Shown here: positions 13,061 to 25,260 of the stretch, one piece after another
Layout of the letters: each line of letters opens with the position of its first letter
How positions within the stretch are numbered: position 1 is the first letter of the stretch
Assembly: GCA_013239625.1 (NCBI GenBank)
Contig: MU053594.1
Coordinates: 2,670,127-2,734,126, forward strand
Direction: 5' to 3'
DNA: 64,000 nucleotides
Origin: Lama guanicoe
Lineage: Eukaryota
Position numbers and translations under genes: made by a program
Notes under the pieces: model-generated
What the model was told of the DNA's origin: nothing
The model's database searches: none
The model's input: only the letters and a program-made list of their open reading frames with translations

Positions 13061-13774
13061 GATATTAATTATTAATAGTGCAATATTAGCAAATGTCTAG
13101 TAGAGTTTAGCAACTAGACCTTTGGAGTTCCTCCAGTCCATGCTGTTTGAATTTCACTAGAAATACTAAGATCATTAGCTTGTTGGCTGGTGCCACAAGA
13201 AGACAAGAGGATGAAGGACCTGCAGGTCCCAGTGAGAATGTTGCTGAAGAAATCAATCACTCTGTAGATGGTGTCAATTAATTCCATGTGGGAGCTGATG
13301 GACTGGGAGAAAATGGAGGGGTCTCAGTGAGGGTAAAATATTGGTTAAGTGGTGGGAGTAAGGGAGAGATGTGGAAGTCTCAGAGGCTGTGGATAGAGGG
13401 AATGACTGCCAAATATACCAAGACAGAGGCATGCCCCAGGAGCCTCAGAAAGCCTGATGTGACTGCATCCTGCAACACAATGATCTGGAGGTGGGGTGGG
13501 GCTGGCTAGCTGGGTTATTCTTTTGGGAGAACTTCACCATACAGCGAAGGTTCCGTGGCAGGAACCTGAGCTTTGGGGAAGCAGTGGAGTGGGACAGGAC
13601 AGCTTTGAAAGGAAAGGAAGAGATGAGATGGTGAACACTCTTCCATTTCTCAATGAAATCCCCTCCTTGTGACCTCCACAAACTTGCAGTAAATCTACCA
13701 TAATTATGGTGTGTCTAGCAGGCTTGATTTCTTATAAAGACCAAAGGAGGGACAAAATGTAAGTGTCCTAAGTC

Positions 13775-13880
13775 ATAGATTCTCTACTTGGATGCATTTT
13801 AGACCACCCCAAGGAGCTTTAAGTAAATGTTTATGCATGGAACCATCACAGACCAATTAGATCAGAATCTCTGGGGATAA
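13775..13880. mobile_element. MER5-like hAT DNA transposon remnant
   Basis: …GGAGCTTTAAGTAAATG…CAGACCAATTAGATCAGAATCTCTGGGG resembles MER5A/B. Confidence 0.55.
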
Positions 13881-13884
13881 AGGG

Positions 13885-14002
13885 GGATGATATCTCATTA
13901 TATTCACAGGTCTTATCCACACTCAGTTGGAGGTGATTACACTGTATGTACATATCAGAAAGTGAGATGCTTGGAGATCATCTTAGAATTCTGCCTGCCA
14001 CA
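13885..14002 (-). mobile_element. MaLR (MLT1-type) LTR end fragment
   Basis: ATATTCACAGGTC…CCACACTCA…ATCTTAGAATTCTGCCTGCCACA terminus typical of antisense MLT1. Confidence 0.65.
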
Positions 14003-15121
14003 ATAGCTATGGATATATCCATTTCTAGAACAAGTATTTTTTGAGCTCCTACTATCTGCTAAGCATTATTATGGTATATTTAAAGGCAAAAAACGCTTTT
14101 TAAAAAATAGAGCAGAATAAGTAGGATTTGAACTGCTTAGAGTTGATGTGGATAATTGCTGTTTTCAGTGAGGTGGCAAGTATTGGCTTCATGGAGACAG
14201 TAACATCTACACCAAGACTCATCACAACCACCAATTTTCCTTTATCTATGCCCAGAAGTCCTCAGATGTTTCTCTCAAAGTATTCTCTCTTTCTCTTTAA
14301 TCTTTATTTTTGTAGAAATAGTGAAGTCAAGTTCTACATTAGATTTTATCATATGTAAATTACAATTCTGCAAATCGAAGTGAGCCAGAAGGCAAAATCT
14401 TGTAAGCCAAAGGAAACCCCTGATGTTTCATAGGCTCTCCAAATGCAGAAATCTGTTGCTCCAAAAAAAATCCCACACTATTACATCATGGTCCCATCAG
14501 TGAATCAGTTTGACCCTGGGCCTGTCCAAAGGGTATGGCTCATTGATTGATTGGTCCATTCATTCATTCATATAGCATGCTGAGAATTTACATGTGAGGC
14601 TTTGCACTGAGCATGGAAATTTCAAGGATAAATGAAGTATAGTTTCTGATTTTACAGAATTTACATTTGATTGGGGCAGATGGACTCCTGTATAGGGTAA
14701 TTTCGATTATGACATCCTATCAGGAGCATCAACAGTTATGATGGAAAATGAACAATTTCTGGAAAAGCTTTCTGAAATGCCGCCTAAGATGATTTGGATA
14801 TATGCATAATATTCTATAGATCCGGGGTAGAGGTGATGAAATAATCATCCATTTGGCCCCAAACAGCTCCCTGGGGCAAACAAGGGAGAGGAAATGATAA
14901 GCCGATGTTGTGACTTGATTAGCGTACACAGGAGGGAAGTTCAGCTAGAGCATTAAATATTCATAGGCAGGTTTATCCGACTGTGAAAAACATAGCAATA
15001 CAACAAATTCTACTATTGGGGAGCTAGGAAAACAGCAGCCTCATAAACTGTCTCCAGCGTCATTTGCCAAAGGTACCACACAGGAACTATACTGCTGAAG
15101 CTCCCCTCTTCTCTGGATCTT

Positions 15122-15240
15122 TTATTTTCCTTAGTTTTAATTGAAATATAGTTGGTTTGCAATGTTGTGTTAGTTTCTGGTATACAGCATAGTAATTTAG
15201 TTATATATATAACTCTAATTGTCTAATTACCATATGATCA
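15122..15240 (-). mobile_element. Very short L1 3'-end insertion with 12-bp TSD
   Basis: Antisense L1 3' terminus (TTAATTGAAATATAGTTG…GTTTCTGGTATACAGCATAGT) flanked by TCTCTGGATCTT at 15110-15121 and 15241-15252. Confidence 0.88.
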
Positions 15241-15309
15241 TCTCTGGATCTTAAAGCACCAATCACTGAAGATTGACGTGGCTAATGGTGCTGCATCATT
15301 GCCCTCTCT

Positions 15310-15745
15310 ATTGGTTAGCTATTGCTGCGGAACAAACCATCCTAAAATATAGTGGCTTGACAAAACAGCCATTTGTTCATCTCACAGTTCTGTAGACTGT
15401 GGTCACCTGGACAGTCTTCTTGTCTAGGCCAGGCTTGGCTGGTTGCAAGTGGGTCTACTCATGGCCTGCCACTCAACAAACAGGTCAGCTGTGTCTGGCT
15501 GGATTAAGATTTTCTCCCTGGGACAGCTAGGATGACTGGGGCTTCTCTATACATGCTCTCTCATCCCAGACATATTTGCAAGATTGTCAAAGGGTTCTAA
15601 GGGCAACAAGCAGGAAAGCCCCATTGCACAAGCCCGTATGTTACCACTGTTAATGTCCCATTGGGCGAAACTAAGTCACACACAGAGGGTAGGGAAGTAG
15701 ATTCTATTTTTTTCAATGGGAGGAATGGAACTAAACAACCACATC
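15310..15745 (-). mobile_element. MaLR (MLT1-type) solo LTR
   Basis: TTAGCTATTGCTGCGGAACAAACCATCCTAAAATATAGTGGCTT…GTCCCATTGGGCGAAACTAAGTCACA…GGAAGTAGATTCTA. Confidence 0.8.
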
Positions 15746-15854
15746 CTGGTTATGATTTGTTGATTGTATCTCCTTAGCATTATTTTTGGTTTCTTTAACT
15801 TTTCTTCTTGGTCTATTGTATGTGTCTTTGATACATACTTACATAGAGAAAGCA

Positions 15855-16090
15855 TTACAGCACAGATTTAAGAATGTGTGGAATCAGACATATGGAAGTT
15901 TCAATACCAGCTCTGCCCTTTACCACCTGTGTGATCTTAGGCAGATATCTTCACCACTCTGAGTTTGTTTTCTCATCTATAAAATGAAGATAAAAATTAT
16001 AACCATTTCATAGGAATATTATGAGGATTAAACTGCATTGCATACAAAACTCTTAACAGTATTTGACATATAAATATTCAATAACTATTA
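15855..16090 (+). mobile_element. MIR SINE
   Basis: GGAATCAGAC…CCAGCTCTGCC…CTGTGTGATCTTAGGCAG…CTCTGAG…CTCATCTATAAAATG…TGAGGATTAAA. Confidence 0.85.
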
Positions 16091-16467
16091 AAAATCATCA
16101 TCATCATCACTACCACACCCTGTTATCACCAGTATTCTCTCTAATGTTTCTTCTTCTCTTGTTCCTCCTCCTACTCCAGCATCATCATCACCACCTTTTC
16201 TTTCAAATGCAGTCTTCCCAAAGCCCTGAAATTACAATCAGAAGCTCTTGGTTTGATGCCTACTAGATATATATGTAGCTTTATAGAAATCACTTAGACC
16301 CTTTGTGAATTAGATTTTATCCATCTACATAACTTTATATTGCTGGGTACATAATTAATTTAATTATGTATCTGTACATTTATTTGAAAAAAGAAACAAC
16401 TCACAGATTAAGTGAAAAGAGTGATCAGTAATTAAAAATAAGTGCTCTTCCTACATATATTGAACCA

Positions 16468-16945
16468 CATTAGTTATCTCTTGCTCTAATAATGGCTGTG
16501 TAACAAAACCCCACAAAACTTCGATGGTAGACGTTAATTAAATATGCATTACTTCTCATGAGCATATGCATTGGAAGGGCATTTACATGCAGATCTGTCA
16601 TCTCAGCTGGACTCTTATGAGCCTGTGGTCAGATGACAGGTTAGCTGGAGGCTGGCTGGTCTAGGTTGGCCTCATTTGATCTCTCATTCTCCAACAGCTT
16701 TACCCAGATTGTTCTTATACCACAGCAGGAGACCGAGAGAGGGAGAGATGTGTACAAGACCACTTGAAACCTAGACTCAAAAATGGCAGTTTTACTTGTG
16801 TTCCATTGTGTTGGCTAAAACAAGCCACCTGGCTGGGCCATATTCAAGGAGTAGGAAAATAGATTCTGTCTCTTAATGGGAGCTGTTTGTGACATCATAC
16901 TATGTAAAGTGTGGATATGGGAAGTGTAGTCAATCAATCACAGCA
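16468..16945 (-). mobile_element. MaLR (MLT1-type) solo LTR
   Basis: ATTAGTTATCTCTTGCT…GCTGTGTAACAAAACCCC…GGCTAAAACAAGCCAC…GGAAAATAGATTCTGTCTCTTAATGGGAG. Confidence 0.75.
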
Positions 16946-17826
16946 CCTAAAATATGGAAATCATCTCACCTGTATTTCTTCTCCATGTAACCTTAGCTGA
17001 CTGCCTACGGCAGACAAGAGTTATTCTTTCTGCTGTATTAGTGACATTGATGGCTTTGGTGTCATTAAATTAATTTCCTATGTAATAGTTAATTGATCTG
17101 GGTTAACACAGAAGTGACATGTCAGCCCACTGTTAAAAGCTAAGCACAATTCAGTGACATGCTTATGCTGTTTTTCCAAAAGGTATGAAACATAGGAAAG
17201 CTAAAAACCCATGCCAAAGAGTGATTCATTTGGCTTTCTTATTGAGCACATCACACTGGACACACACACATACAGCGCTAGCCCCACAAAACTGTCAACT
17301 TGAAGGTGGAAGAGTATGGATTCTGTCCAGCTTTCTTCGTACATTAAATGTGACCATTAACTTGCCCAGAAGGCTCCAGAAGTCCCTCTCTTTAGCCTTC
17401 CCTTGCCTGACTTTCCCTACCTCCCTCACTAGCACTTGTGAGATTTAATAATATAGGTTAAGGGATACTCTCCCATGAAGTTAAAACTCCAAAAAGGTTA
17501 CAAGCCATTCTTAGATATCGGACACGGTTCGTCCTTGTCAACAGATGGGGTACGCACAAGCAGGGGGATTCTCATCTGTGCGAACTGGTAGAAACGTAGC
17601 AATGACTAAAACCAACATTGTGGATTAGGTTAGTATGGAAACCTCCTCCCATCCTTAGGAGTCTGTGGTCTTTAGAAGCTAGGAGGGAGGAGCATTTCCT
17701 TAAGAGAAACTGTGTATTAGCCAAAGGAGTCTAGATTTTAGGGGAGAGAATAAATATCTCTGGAAGAAAAGTTTGCTTGACTAGAAAACATGCCCTGTGC
17801 TTTACTAGGTAACATACCCTGTGATG

Positions 17827-17901
17827 TCCTCATCCGCTAATCCTGTCTGCTGAACCCCATGTTGTCCTCATGTCCTCAACCACTAATCCTGTCTTCTGAA
17901 A
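17827..17901 (+). repeat. Imperfect tandem duplication (two ~32-bp copies)
   Basis: ATGTCCTCATCCGCTAATCCTGTCTGCTGAA and ATGTCCTCAACCACTAATCCTGTCTTCTGAA. Confidence 0.85.
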
Positions 17902-18164
17902 CAATATCCACCAAACAAACAATGGGTGCTGTTGGGTACCATGAGGCACGTAGACATGCCTGTTGGGAACCAACTGCTCTTATGGGCACCTCCCTCTCCC
18001 TCCCTTGGCTCTCACTGAAGAGCTTTGAGCTGGACGAGGCATTCACTACAGGGCTTCGGTGGGGAAGTCTCACTCCTCCCTAATTAAAATAAAAATTGAG
18101 AAAGTGTAATCATGTTAGTGACAGTTTAGAAAGCAGAGACACACAATAAAGTATAGTTTTATGC

Positions 18165-18198
18165 ACTTTATTGTCATGACAATTCCATAAGGCAAGGT
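18165..18198 (+). repeat. Exact 34-bp direct repeat, copy 1 (copy 2 at 21065-21098)
   Basis: ACTTTATTGTCATGACAATTCCATAAGGCAAGGT is identical at both sites. Confidence 0.95.
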
Positions 18199-18434
18199 TT
18201 CAAGTGGTTGCAGACACACAAAAATCCAACTTTCCTTAAGACGATGATGATTAACTTACTGGCGTCTGTGGTTTTGTACACTTATACATCCTCCTTCTTC
18301 ATTCTCTAAGGTTATGGAGATATCATCCTGGGCGGGGCCAGCCTGGCTGTGGGATTGCTGTATGACCTGATGGACCTCAGGGGACACAATCCCTTCCACG
18401 TGGCGAGGTCCCAGAATGAGAAACCTTTGCTTTG

Positions 18435-18508
18435 TTTGTTTTTTTAACTGAAGTACAGTCAGTTACAATGTGTCAATTTCTGGTGTACAGCACAATGTTC
18501 CAGTCATG

Positions 18509-18550
<42 letters not shown>

Positions 18551-18658
18551 TATATTTGTTTTCATATTCTTTTTCATTAAAGGTTATTACAAGATATGGA
18601 ACATAGTTCCCTGTGCTGTACAGAAGAAATGTTTTTTAAAATCTATGTTTATATATAG
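18435..18658 (-). mobile_element. Short L1 3'-end insertion with internal (CA)n and 18-bp TSD
   Basis: Antisense L1 3' UTR; TSD TGAGAA(A/G)CCTTTGCTTTG at 18417-18434 and 18659-18676; (CA)n at ~18512-18544. Confidence 0.92.
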
Positions 18659-19269
18659 TGAGAAGCCTTTGCTTTGGACCAGCCTTGGAATGGGTCATGT
18701 GGGAGACACTTGGAAGATACAAAGTATAGTGTCGTGCAAGCCATCAGACTTTTAGTCATTAAGTTGATTATATGGCATGTGACTGTCACAGATTTCTTAC
18801 TTCCATAGTGTTCCTTACACTTTGAATTCTTCCATCATCATTCTGATCTACACTAGAGGGTGGCAGGGACAATCAGAGACGTTCCACACCTCTAATAGCA
18901 GAACATGTGAGTGAACATAGGAATCAATGCATAAACCAATGGATCAATGAATGAACAGAGAGGATACAAAAAAAAAGAGTCAATTAGCTCTGCTTTCTAC
19001 CAGTTTATTTTAAAAAATTGGTGAGAAAATAGTCTTGAGGTGAAAAAGGGAGCTAGAATGATTATATATAAAATAAATATAAACAGGGTTATAAGGTTAT
19101 CAGGAGATTTTAACATCCAATGCTCTGGATTATCCTGAGATCAATGAGAATTTGATGAATGTAATTTCTGATAATTTCATGGAGCTACTAAATTTGATCA
19201 CACTTTCCTATGAACTGAACATATTTACTCACCAGAAGATACCACCAAAATGTCATTTTGTTTGATAGT

Positions 19270-19710
19270 CATTGATTCAACAAGTATTTATTTACCTTTG
19301 TACCAGGCACTGTGCTGGGAGCCGGAAATACGGACATGGCCTCATATTGGGAGTCTCATAGAAGATACATTGAATGAGCGTTAAAATTACCATAATTGTT
19401 ACATAAAGAAAGTATAAAAGCTGCCATGAGAACATAAAATAGGAGGATCTCAAATATTCTCAGGAAATCAGGGAAAGTTTCCCTGAGGAACTGTTGTCTC
19501 ATCCTGAGACCTGAGGCATAAGTAGGAAGTTGTCAGGTGAAAGGAGTAGGGAGATAGAAAACCATGTTCCCTGCAGAAGAAGGGACATGTGCAAATGCCT
19601 AGAGTCAGGGCATCATCAAAGCATTCAAAGGAAGTTGGCTGGAGCAAACAGCACAGCAAATGAACCAATTATATAGAGATGGGTGGGTGCCTATGAGCCA
19701 TATTAAAGCT
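19270..19710 (-). mobile_element. L2 3' remnant
   Basis: CATTGATTCAACAAGTATTTATT…CCAGGCACTGTGCTGGGAGC… is the antisense L2 tail. Confidence 0.75.
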
Positions 19711-21064
19711 TTTATTTATAGTTACTATTATTATGATTAGTGTTATTAAATCCTTCTTTCATCATTTATGAGTAAATTGTTTTTCAAGGGAGTTTTTTTC
19801 CAATGCTATTTCTGACACCTGTAAGTATGTCTGTCTGTCCTCAGACACACCTATGCCTCTGTCCCTGTCCCTGTGTCACCTCTCAGTGTGGCACCACGTA
19901 TATAGCTCTGGACAGCACTGCCTCCTCCCCCTTTGTGAGTATCTTGAGATCTGGATCCTGGGAAACTTCAGCCTACACTCAATTTCTCTTCTCTTTTGGC
20001 AGCCTTCAATCCGTATGACTACTTTTTCCCCCTAGGTTGTACAAACTCATTGTGGAAGTAAAATTTCGTGAGACACGATGTGAGTGTTTCTCTCATATAC
20101 AAACACCTAGAATTTATGGCATTCCATTAAAAAGCAAAGGAAAACTGAACTGACCTAAGCAGACCCCTCTGGTTGGCCGGCACAACTCATTCCTGTTAAA
20201 TGCAAAACGTGTGCGACTTCAGATGGCCGCCTTCTCCCCTCCCTGGGTAAGGTATCCCTAAATGAAACAAGTCAGATGACCGGTTTCCATGACAGTTTTC
20301 ATCTTCCGAGGCATTTAGCTGGCTTCTTGTTATTATTTCTGATGCTGCTAGGTTCAAGCAACAGTCCCTGGTATTTGTTAAAGAGAATTATGTGGTAGAA
20401 GCAGCCTGGGCTTAGGAGCCTTGGGTTCGAGTTCTGGTGCCCATCCTGGTTGCTGATTTGGGATCTTTCTATGCTGCAGTGCCCCCCATATACTAGATGG
20501 TTACAGTGGATCCTTGCAGCCCTAAAATAATACTTATTCTATAACGCTGTTCACTGGCTCATGCAGATTTATCACTTTCTATATTGAAGGCTCTGTGCAG
20601 GGAGTTGAGTAGTCTAATTTGCTTTGTTGGTGAATAACGATGACCAATTTAACGCCTACACTTCAAATTGCCTAACAGCTATAGGCATGAAATGTTCATT
20701 TCTGTGAGGATTGCTTCAAAGTTCTAGGTCTAAAAACTGTGCACTTCAGTGCTGTGGAATAAAAGAGAGTAGGGACTTTGCTTTCCTGTCTGACTTGAAT
20801 CAGATTTGCCTGTTTTTTATTAAGGTGTGAAAGAGAGATGCCAATGACTTAATCTACATCAGATGTGGCAGTCCAGTTTGTATCAGCAGATGCACTCCAC
20901 TTGGAAGGTACAAGAATTTTTAGAAAATAATATACCAGCTGGAAGGGAAAAGGGAAGGAAGGAAATTTTTCCTTCGTCTTTATATCATCCAAGTGAATGT
21001 TCAGCCAAACTATAAACATTTTTACCACAGAACTGTTGGGGTTTTTTTCTTACTCCAAAATGTT

Positions 21065-21098
21065 ACTTTATTGTCATGACAATTCCATAAGGCAAGGT
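21065..21098 (+). repeat. Exact 34-bp direct repeat, copy 2
   Basis: Identical to 18165-18198, offset by 2900 bp. Confidence 0.95.
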
Positions 21099-21759
21099 CC
21101 CTCCTTCAATCACAAATCACAATCACAACCAACTTTGTTCGAGAGGACATATTTGATTAACCTCTTATTAAAGCTGAATTTCCTATAAAGTAGCTTCCAA
21201 ATTCTCTGAAACTGACATTTAACATTGGCCGAATAATGTAGTAATGCACTAAAAGCTTATGTACTGAAAATTAAAGGTAGTCATTGTTGGCTGGCTATTT
21301 GAACATTTTGTGGATAGTGGAAACACGAAGGCGTGGGTGCCCATTCTCGATGCGTATAGGATGGGTGGGATGTATTTTTGAAATGCATCCAATTGCTATC
21401 AACTATTTTGAGTTACTAGCAAAACCAAATGAGATGCTTTCTGTGATTCTTGCAGCATCTTGTAAGTTCACCCTAGTTGACATGAGAAACCTAACGTTGT
21501 ACAGGGTACCCCTCAGTTCCTTCACTGATTTAGCAGACATTTACGGGAAGCCTCTAATGTGGCCTGCTACTCAGTGTTGGGGAGGCAAATAGCACAAAGA
21601 ACTCAATGAATTCCACAGTGAGCCGGTGCGATATAGAAGGTTCTTGTAACAGAGTAAAATAAATGATTTGATAGTATATGTATATACACTCAACCTGGGG
21701 GTCAGGAGGGGTAAATTTTTCTGCCAGAAGTAGAGATAATAATAACTATCATAGCTAAC

Positions 21760-21985
21760 TAGAAGCTTCTGTTTAAGGGCTCAGCCCAGAAACTGCAGGA
21801 TTGGCTTCCTCTCACTTTCCTTTGATCTGAGCTTACTCTGGCATCACTCCCAACTGCAAGGGAGGCTGGGAAATGTAGTCTCTAGATGGGCAGCCATTGC
21901 CCCCTGAAACTAAAACACTGAAGTTTCTCTTACTAAGAGGAACAAAGGGAGAATGACTATTGGAGAACAGTTAGTTGTTTCTGCA
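21760..21985 (-). mobile_element. MaLR (old MLT1-type) LTR fragment
   Basis: CCCAACTGCAAGGGAGGCTGGGAAATGTAGTCT…GGGAGAATGACTATTGG. Confidence 0.7.
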
Positions 21986-22007
21986 CCTGTTATTTCTTCT
22001 CCAAGAA

Positions 22008-23175
22008 ATGTAATTGACACATAACATGTAGTAGTGCATACATCATGATGTAATTGACACATAACATGTAGTAGTGCATACATCATAAAGGTTTGACATA
22101 TATATATATTTTTTTTGACATATATATATATATATATATTTTTTTTAGATTCCACATATAAGCGATCTCATACTATATTTTTCTTTCTCTTCCTGGCTTA
22201 CTTCACTCAGAATGACAGCGAAAAAAAATGTGACAATGAATATATGTATGTTCGTGTATAACTGAAAAATTGTGCTCTACATTGGAATTTCAAACAACAT
22301 TGTAAAATGACTATAACTCAATAAAAACTTGTTTAAAAAAACAAAAAATAATATATGGCATATCAGGCATAGATTGTGAAATTATTAACACAATAAGTTT
22401 AGTTAACATCCATTATCCCACAGTTACTGATTTCTTCCTTGTGATAAAAACTTTCTTATGATAAGATCTACTCAGCTAGCAACTTTCAAATATACAATAT
22501 AGTATTGGTATATATAGTTAGCATGCTGTATGTCAATCCCCAGGACTTATTTATCTTATAACTGGAAGTTTGCCCCTTTTGACCACATTTAGCCATGTTA
22601 CTCACCCCACAATCCTTCCTCCGGCAACCACCAATCTGCTCTCTGTTTCTATGAGTTCTTTTTTTTAGATTCTGTATATAAGTGAGGTCATATCACACTT
22701 GTCTTTCTCTGATTTATTTCACTTAACATAGTCATGTCAAGGTTCATCCATGTTATCAGAAATGGAAGGATTTCCTTCAGTTTTGTGGCTGAATTATTCC
22801 TGTGTGTGTGTGTGTGTAAAACAGTTCTTTTTTATTCATTCCTCCATAGATGGACACTGAAGTTGAGTCCATATATTGATCATTGTCAATAATGCTGCAA
22901 TGAACATGGGATTGAAAGTATTACTTTAAGATAGTGATTTTATTTTCTTCAAATACATACCCAGAATTGGAATTGCTGGATTATATAGTGAGTATATATA
23001 TACTATATAGTGAGTAGCTCAATTTTTAAATGTTTGAGGAACCTCCATACTGTTTTCCATGGTGGCTGTGCCAGTTTACATTTCCACCTACAGTGCACTA
23101 GTGTTCTCTTTCCTTCACATCCTCACCAACACTTGCTATTTCTTACCTTTCTGATCACAGCCATTCTGGCAGGTG
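22008..23175 (-). mobile_element. Older L1MA-type 3' fragment, with a 40-bp tandem duplication at its end and a nested younger L1
   Basis: Antisense L1 3' UTR/ORF2 end (…TTGTGAAATTATTAACACAATAAGTTTAGTTAACATCC…GGAACCTCCATACTGTTTTCCAT…CAGCCATTCTGGCAGGTGT). Confidence 0.88.
22139..22350 (+). mobile_element. Young camelid-type L1 3' end with 5' inversion, nested in the older L1
   Basis: An antisense segment (TAGATTCCACATATAAG…CACTCAGAATGAC) is joined at ~22216 to the sense 3' terminus AGCGAAAAAAAATGTGACAATGAATATATG…CTCAATAAAAA plus an A-rich tail. Confidence 0.88.
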
Positions 23176-25069
23176 TCTCTTGGGTAGTTACCTGCTTTTG
23201 CGGGCACTTCCAGGGATGGATTTGTTTGTGATTCTTCTGTCCCAGGCCTGCTAACTGAAAAGCCATAAGCCCTACCATTAGAAGCTATCATCATCTTGTG
23301 TATATCATCAATTCTTAGAATCTGGATCTTAAAAATGAGAAGTGACACAGTATCGAGATGAACGGATCAGCTAATTCCTTTAGTCACAGGCTCTGAACAG
23401 ATCTAAATATATGTGGAAAACCATTTAGTGGAGGCATGTAAAATCTTCCCATCTAACTAAGGAAAAGGTTTCCTCTGACTTCAGCAAAACTGGAATTATT
23501 AGGGGACCACTGAGCTGCAGTATACACCCCTTAAAGGTTTCTGTCTGGACAAAAATAAGTCAAATTCTAGGATCAGCTCGGCGATGAGACCTGGTTTACT
23601 GAAACCTGGAATGAGTACTACAGATAGAAATCAGAGTGGCCCTGAGCCCTGACTCACCGACCTTTGTCCTCAAAGGAGACCAGCAGAGCAGAAGTTACTA
23701 GGTGGCTAAGTTCCTTACATCCTTCGGAGATCTTCCTTCTACAGAAAAACAAGGCCAGAAAGCTTAAAGGCAAGACCAGCTCCTTTAAAAAGTCTTTGCT
23801 ATTTTGCATATACACTGATGTATCTGTTACTTAATTAAAGCAATTTGACATTCTACGGTGTTTTTTTTTTTAATTGGCATACACACACTTCAGTTTCTGA
23901 TAGGCTGGAAAGTAGGATATTATCATAAGATCTGGCACAACTCTGGGTGGACTGTGTGCATACTTTTAATTGAATTCTCATTTTATTTTTAACTTCTGGA
24001 ACAGATGGAGTCTGGGTACCAAAATAATCCCACTCGTCGATAAGTGTTGGAAAATGAGTGGTTATGATCCCATCAGTCATTGGATCAGCAGTTTACAGAC
24101 CACCTACTCTCTTCCACATGTCCAGGCAGGGAAAGAGAGCTGTTTCTGTTTCAATATAGTTGTCGTGGGTTCAGCCCTTTAAGGTTTCAGTGGATATCAA
24201 TAATGGTCACTGCTAAATTGGAAAAAGGTAAATTATAAATAGGTCCAGATATAGGATGTGATGCTGAAGAGGGAGCAAAAGGATTCAGGGAGAACAGTGT
24301 CGGGAATGCGATTGGCTGTGGCTGAACAAGGTCACGGAGGCTACTTCATGAGCTCAGTAAAGACAAGCACGATTGTCTTCATGACCTTGTCAGGGAAGCG
24401 AGAGGAGGGAGCTGCCAAAGGATGCCCGTGGTGGCCATCCCTGCTGATGGAAGAGAGAGAGTGGGAGAAAGTTGCAGGCAGTCCATAGGGCTCCACAGAA
24501 CAGGTGGAAAGAGGAAGACACTTCCCAAAATTATTTCATCTGAGCAACAGCTTCTATACCAAAGAGAAATAACAAACAGCAATTAACCAGGATTCCCACA
24601 GCAGGAACATTCAGCAAGTATTTATTGGCACTTATCTGGTTGGCAAGGAAAGTGGCTACAAAACCAGAGGAATATTTATGGGACTGAAACTGAATAGAAC
24701 TTCCTTCCTCTGGAGGGAAAGCAGTGGCTCGAGCTTGCTCCAGGAGTCCCCCAGGGACCAGGAGGTGATCTGGGAACTGGAGGAAGGTACCTGCCTGGGG
24801 CTGCTTAACATCTTCAGTTCTCAGTCTTACCAACTGAGTAACAAGCTGTGCAGCCCTCTCTCCCCTTCCCTCCGTCATGCTTTGCAGCAGGAGCATGCAG
24901 ATCTTTTCTTTGACACTCATCCTCCTCTTCATCACACACTGCCTGATGCCTGCCCTGGCCATGGTCAGGTCTGAGGGGCCCCAATATCCAACTCAGCTAC
25001 CCTCTCCCATAGCACAAGGCTTTGCTTGAGAGGGACTTCAGCTCACTTTTGAACAAACACCCTTTCAGT

Positions 25070-25260
25070 ACTCTGGGTGCCAGGCACTATTCTTTCCAAG
25101 CACTTAGCAGCATTGGCTTATGGCATCCGTCTTCTTAAGAATCCTACGAAGTAGGTAATTTTATTATTCCCATTTTGCCAGTGAGGAAATGTAGGCTCAG
25201 TGAGGTTACATTGCTAGCCTAAGGTCACCCAGCTGGCTCGCTGACCTCTACGGTGGATGC
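25070..25260 (-). mobile_element. MIR SINE remnant
   Basis: CCAGGCACT…GTAGGTAATTTTATTATTCCCATTTTGCCAGTGAGGAAA…GGCTCAGTGAGGTTA…AAGGTCAC. Confidence 0.8.

Noticed and set aside
24531..24974. Overlapping 143-aa (-) and 98-aa (+) ORFs
   Set aside because: No recognisable motif or exon structure; expected by chance in GC-richer DNA.
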